Origin: Bryobacteraceae bacterium
Lineage (GTDB): Bacteria > Acidobacteriota > Terriglobia > Bryobacterales > Bryobacteraceae
DNA: 64,000 nucleotides
Assembly (NCBI GenBank): GCA_035541265.1
Contig: DATKNQ010000141.1
Location: forward strand, 4,179-68,178
Direction: 5' to 3'
Position numbers and translations under genes: made by a program. Shown here piece after piece: positions 63,106 through 64,000 of the stretch (position 1 is the first letter of the stretch; the number at the start of each line of letters is the position of its first letter). The notes below the pieces were generated by a model. The model saw nothing but the letters and a program-made list of their open reading frames with translations, did no database searches and was not told the origin of the DNA.

Positions 63106-63497
63106 CTGGCGCTCCTCAACACGGGCTTGACATCGAGGTGGCAATTCCAACAGGGCAGCGAGACGGCCGTGTAATTGTGGCAGCGGTCGCAGAATTCGGC
63201 CTTGGAGCCGTGGCACTGGAGGCAGGTCTTGGTCAGGCTCATGTTGTAATGCCTTCCGTCGAAGGTGGTGTAGTCCCGCCCGCTCTGCCGCACCACGTCG
63301 GCCCGCCAATCGAACAAAAGATCCATATGCGAGGTCCGCATGTAAGCCAGCGGCGCGACGCATTGCTTCTCGTGCGCGGGCAGCACCGGCGCGGGGCCTT
63401 TGGTGGTGACGTGCGCCGCGAGATTGTGCCAGATGGGCAGCGTCAGGAATCCGGCGAACAGCAGCAGCCCGCAGTAGATCACAGGCCGGTCACGCAT
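63102..63497 (-). CDS. dsrJ: membrane-anchored trihaem cytochrome c, DsrJ-like
   Basis: ATG at 63497 with an AGGAGGTG RBS. N-terminal anchor. Three CxxCH motifs (CLQCH, CDRCH, CWNCH) plus an extra conserved-position Cys (KQCVAP). 131 aa. Confidence 0.75.
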   Translation of the reverse strand: MRDRPVIYCGLLLFAGFLTLPIWHNLAAHVTTKGPAPVLPAHEKQCVAPLAYMRTSHMDLLFDWRADVVRQSGRDYTTFDGRHYNMSLTKTCLQCHGSKAEFCDRCHNYTAVSLPCWNCHLDVKPVLRSAR

Positions 63498-64000
63498 GGG
63501 CCACCTCCTGTTCCGTGGCTGCGGCCAGCGGCTCGCCGCGCAGATCGGTGGTGCGCTGCTTCTCGCCGCGCAGGATGAGCGCATTGCCGACCAGTTCGTG
63601 AATGCCGGCCACCTCCACCCCCGGAACCCAGTATTCGAGCAGCGGCGGCAAGGTGGCCTTGTCGATGGCGCAAATGCAGGTCAGCAGATTCACGCCGTAC
63701 TTGTCGTGCACATAGCGCACCGCATTGGCGCGCGGAAGACCGCCGCGCATGCGCATCTCGAAGTTTTCGTCGGTACCTAATCCTGAGCCGGAGCCGCAAC
63801 AGAAGGTCTGTTCGCGGATGGTATTCTCGGGCATTTCGTGGAACTGCCGGACCACGTTGCGCAGGATGTAACGCGGCTCTTCGATCAGCCCCATGGCGCG
63901 CGCCGGATTGCAGGAATCGTGGAACGTCACATTCCACCGGTCGTTGCGCGAGGGATCCAGGCGCAGCTTGCCCTCGTGGATCAGGTCGGCGGTGAACTCG
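63490..64000 (-). CDS. dsrK: HdrD/DsrK-like CCG-domain iron-sulfur protein, C-terminal part (gene runs off the window end)
   Basis: The frame is open to the window edge. VTFHDSCN...FCCGSGSG CCG-domain motifs. Followed by J-O-P in the dsrMKJOP order. Confidence 0.8.
   Translation of the reverse strand, partial: EFTADLIHEGKLRLDPSRNDRWNVTFHDSCNPARAMGLIEEPRYILRNVVRQFHEMPENTIREQTFCCGSGSGLGTDENFEMRMRGGLPRANAVRYVHDKYGVNLLTCICAIDKATLPPLLEYWVPGVEVAGIHELVGNALILRGEKQRTTDLRGEPLAAATEQEVAHA

Noticed and set aside
1-64000. CRISPR arrays, rRNA genes, long tandem or interspersed repeats
   Set aside because: Reading both strands, I found no regularly spaced direct repeats beyond the 2-copy 20-bp tandem at 45926-45962, and no rRNA-like sequence.

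Overview
High-GC, densely coding bacterial chromosome segment. I call about 70 protein-coding genes, one tRNA-Arg(TCG), several gene remnants and a few short repeats. I found no rRNA, no CRISPR array and no intact transposase or integrase. Gene content suggests an Acidobacteriota-like organism, by inference only: tandem VWFA-related acidobacterial-type proteins, many Tat-signal Gfo/Idh/MocA oxidoreductases, ThuA, FG-GAP and TMTC-like TPR proteins. Most of the window is housekeeping or carbohydrate and envelope metabolism: citrate synthase, DAHP synthase, EF-P, HemD, FabI, RecG, RsmD, SurA/Skp, class II photolyase, glycosyltransferases, GH127, a tricorn-like protease. The five most notable items follow. 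(1) A ribosome-dependent attenuator candidate lies upstream of the DAHP synthase gene: a 19-codon aromatic-rich leader ORF plus mutually exclusive antiterminator and terminator hairpins. (2) A gap-free minus-strand operon at the right edge has dsrK-J-O-P-like electron-transfer genes followed by YeiH-like and TauE/SafE-like anion exporters, a small membrane protein and an alginate-export-family outer-membrane barrel. (3) A GtrB-like GT2 / DUF2304 / TMTC-like GT-C(TPR) glycosylation module sits inside a five-gene glycosyltransferase cluster. (4) A small toxin-antitoxin islet holds a Fic-VbhA pair back to back with an orphan antidote gene and a decayed killer-gene remnant. (5) A 22-bp direct repeat brackets the tricorn protease gene next to tRNA-Arg, beside a nonsense-mutated XRE antitoxin gene. 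Many long ORFs in the supplied track are antisense or N-terminal-extension artefacts typical of high-GC DNA, and I rejected them. All family assignments come from motif recognition by eye, not from database searches.
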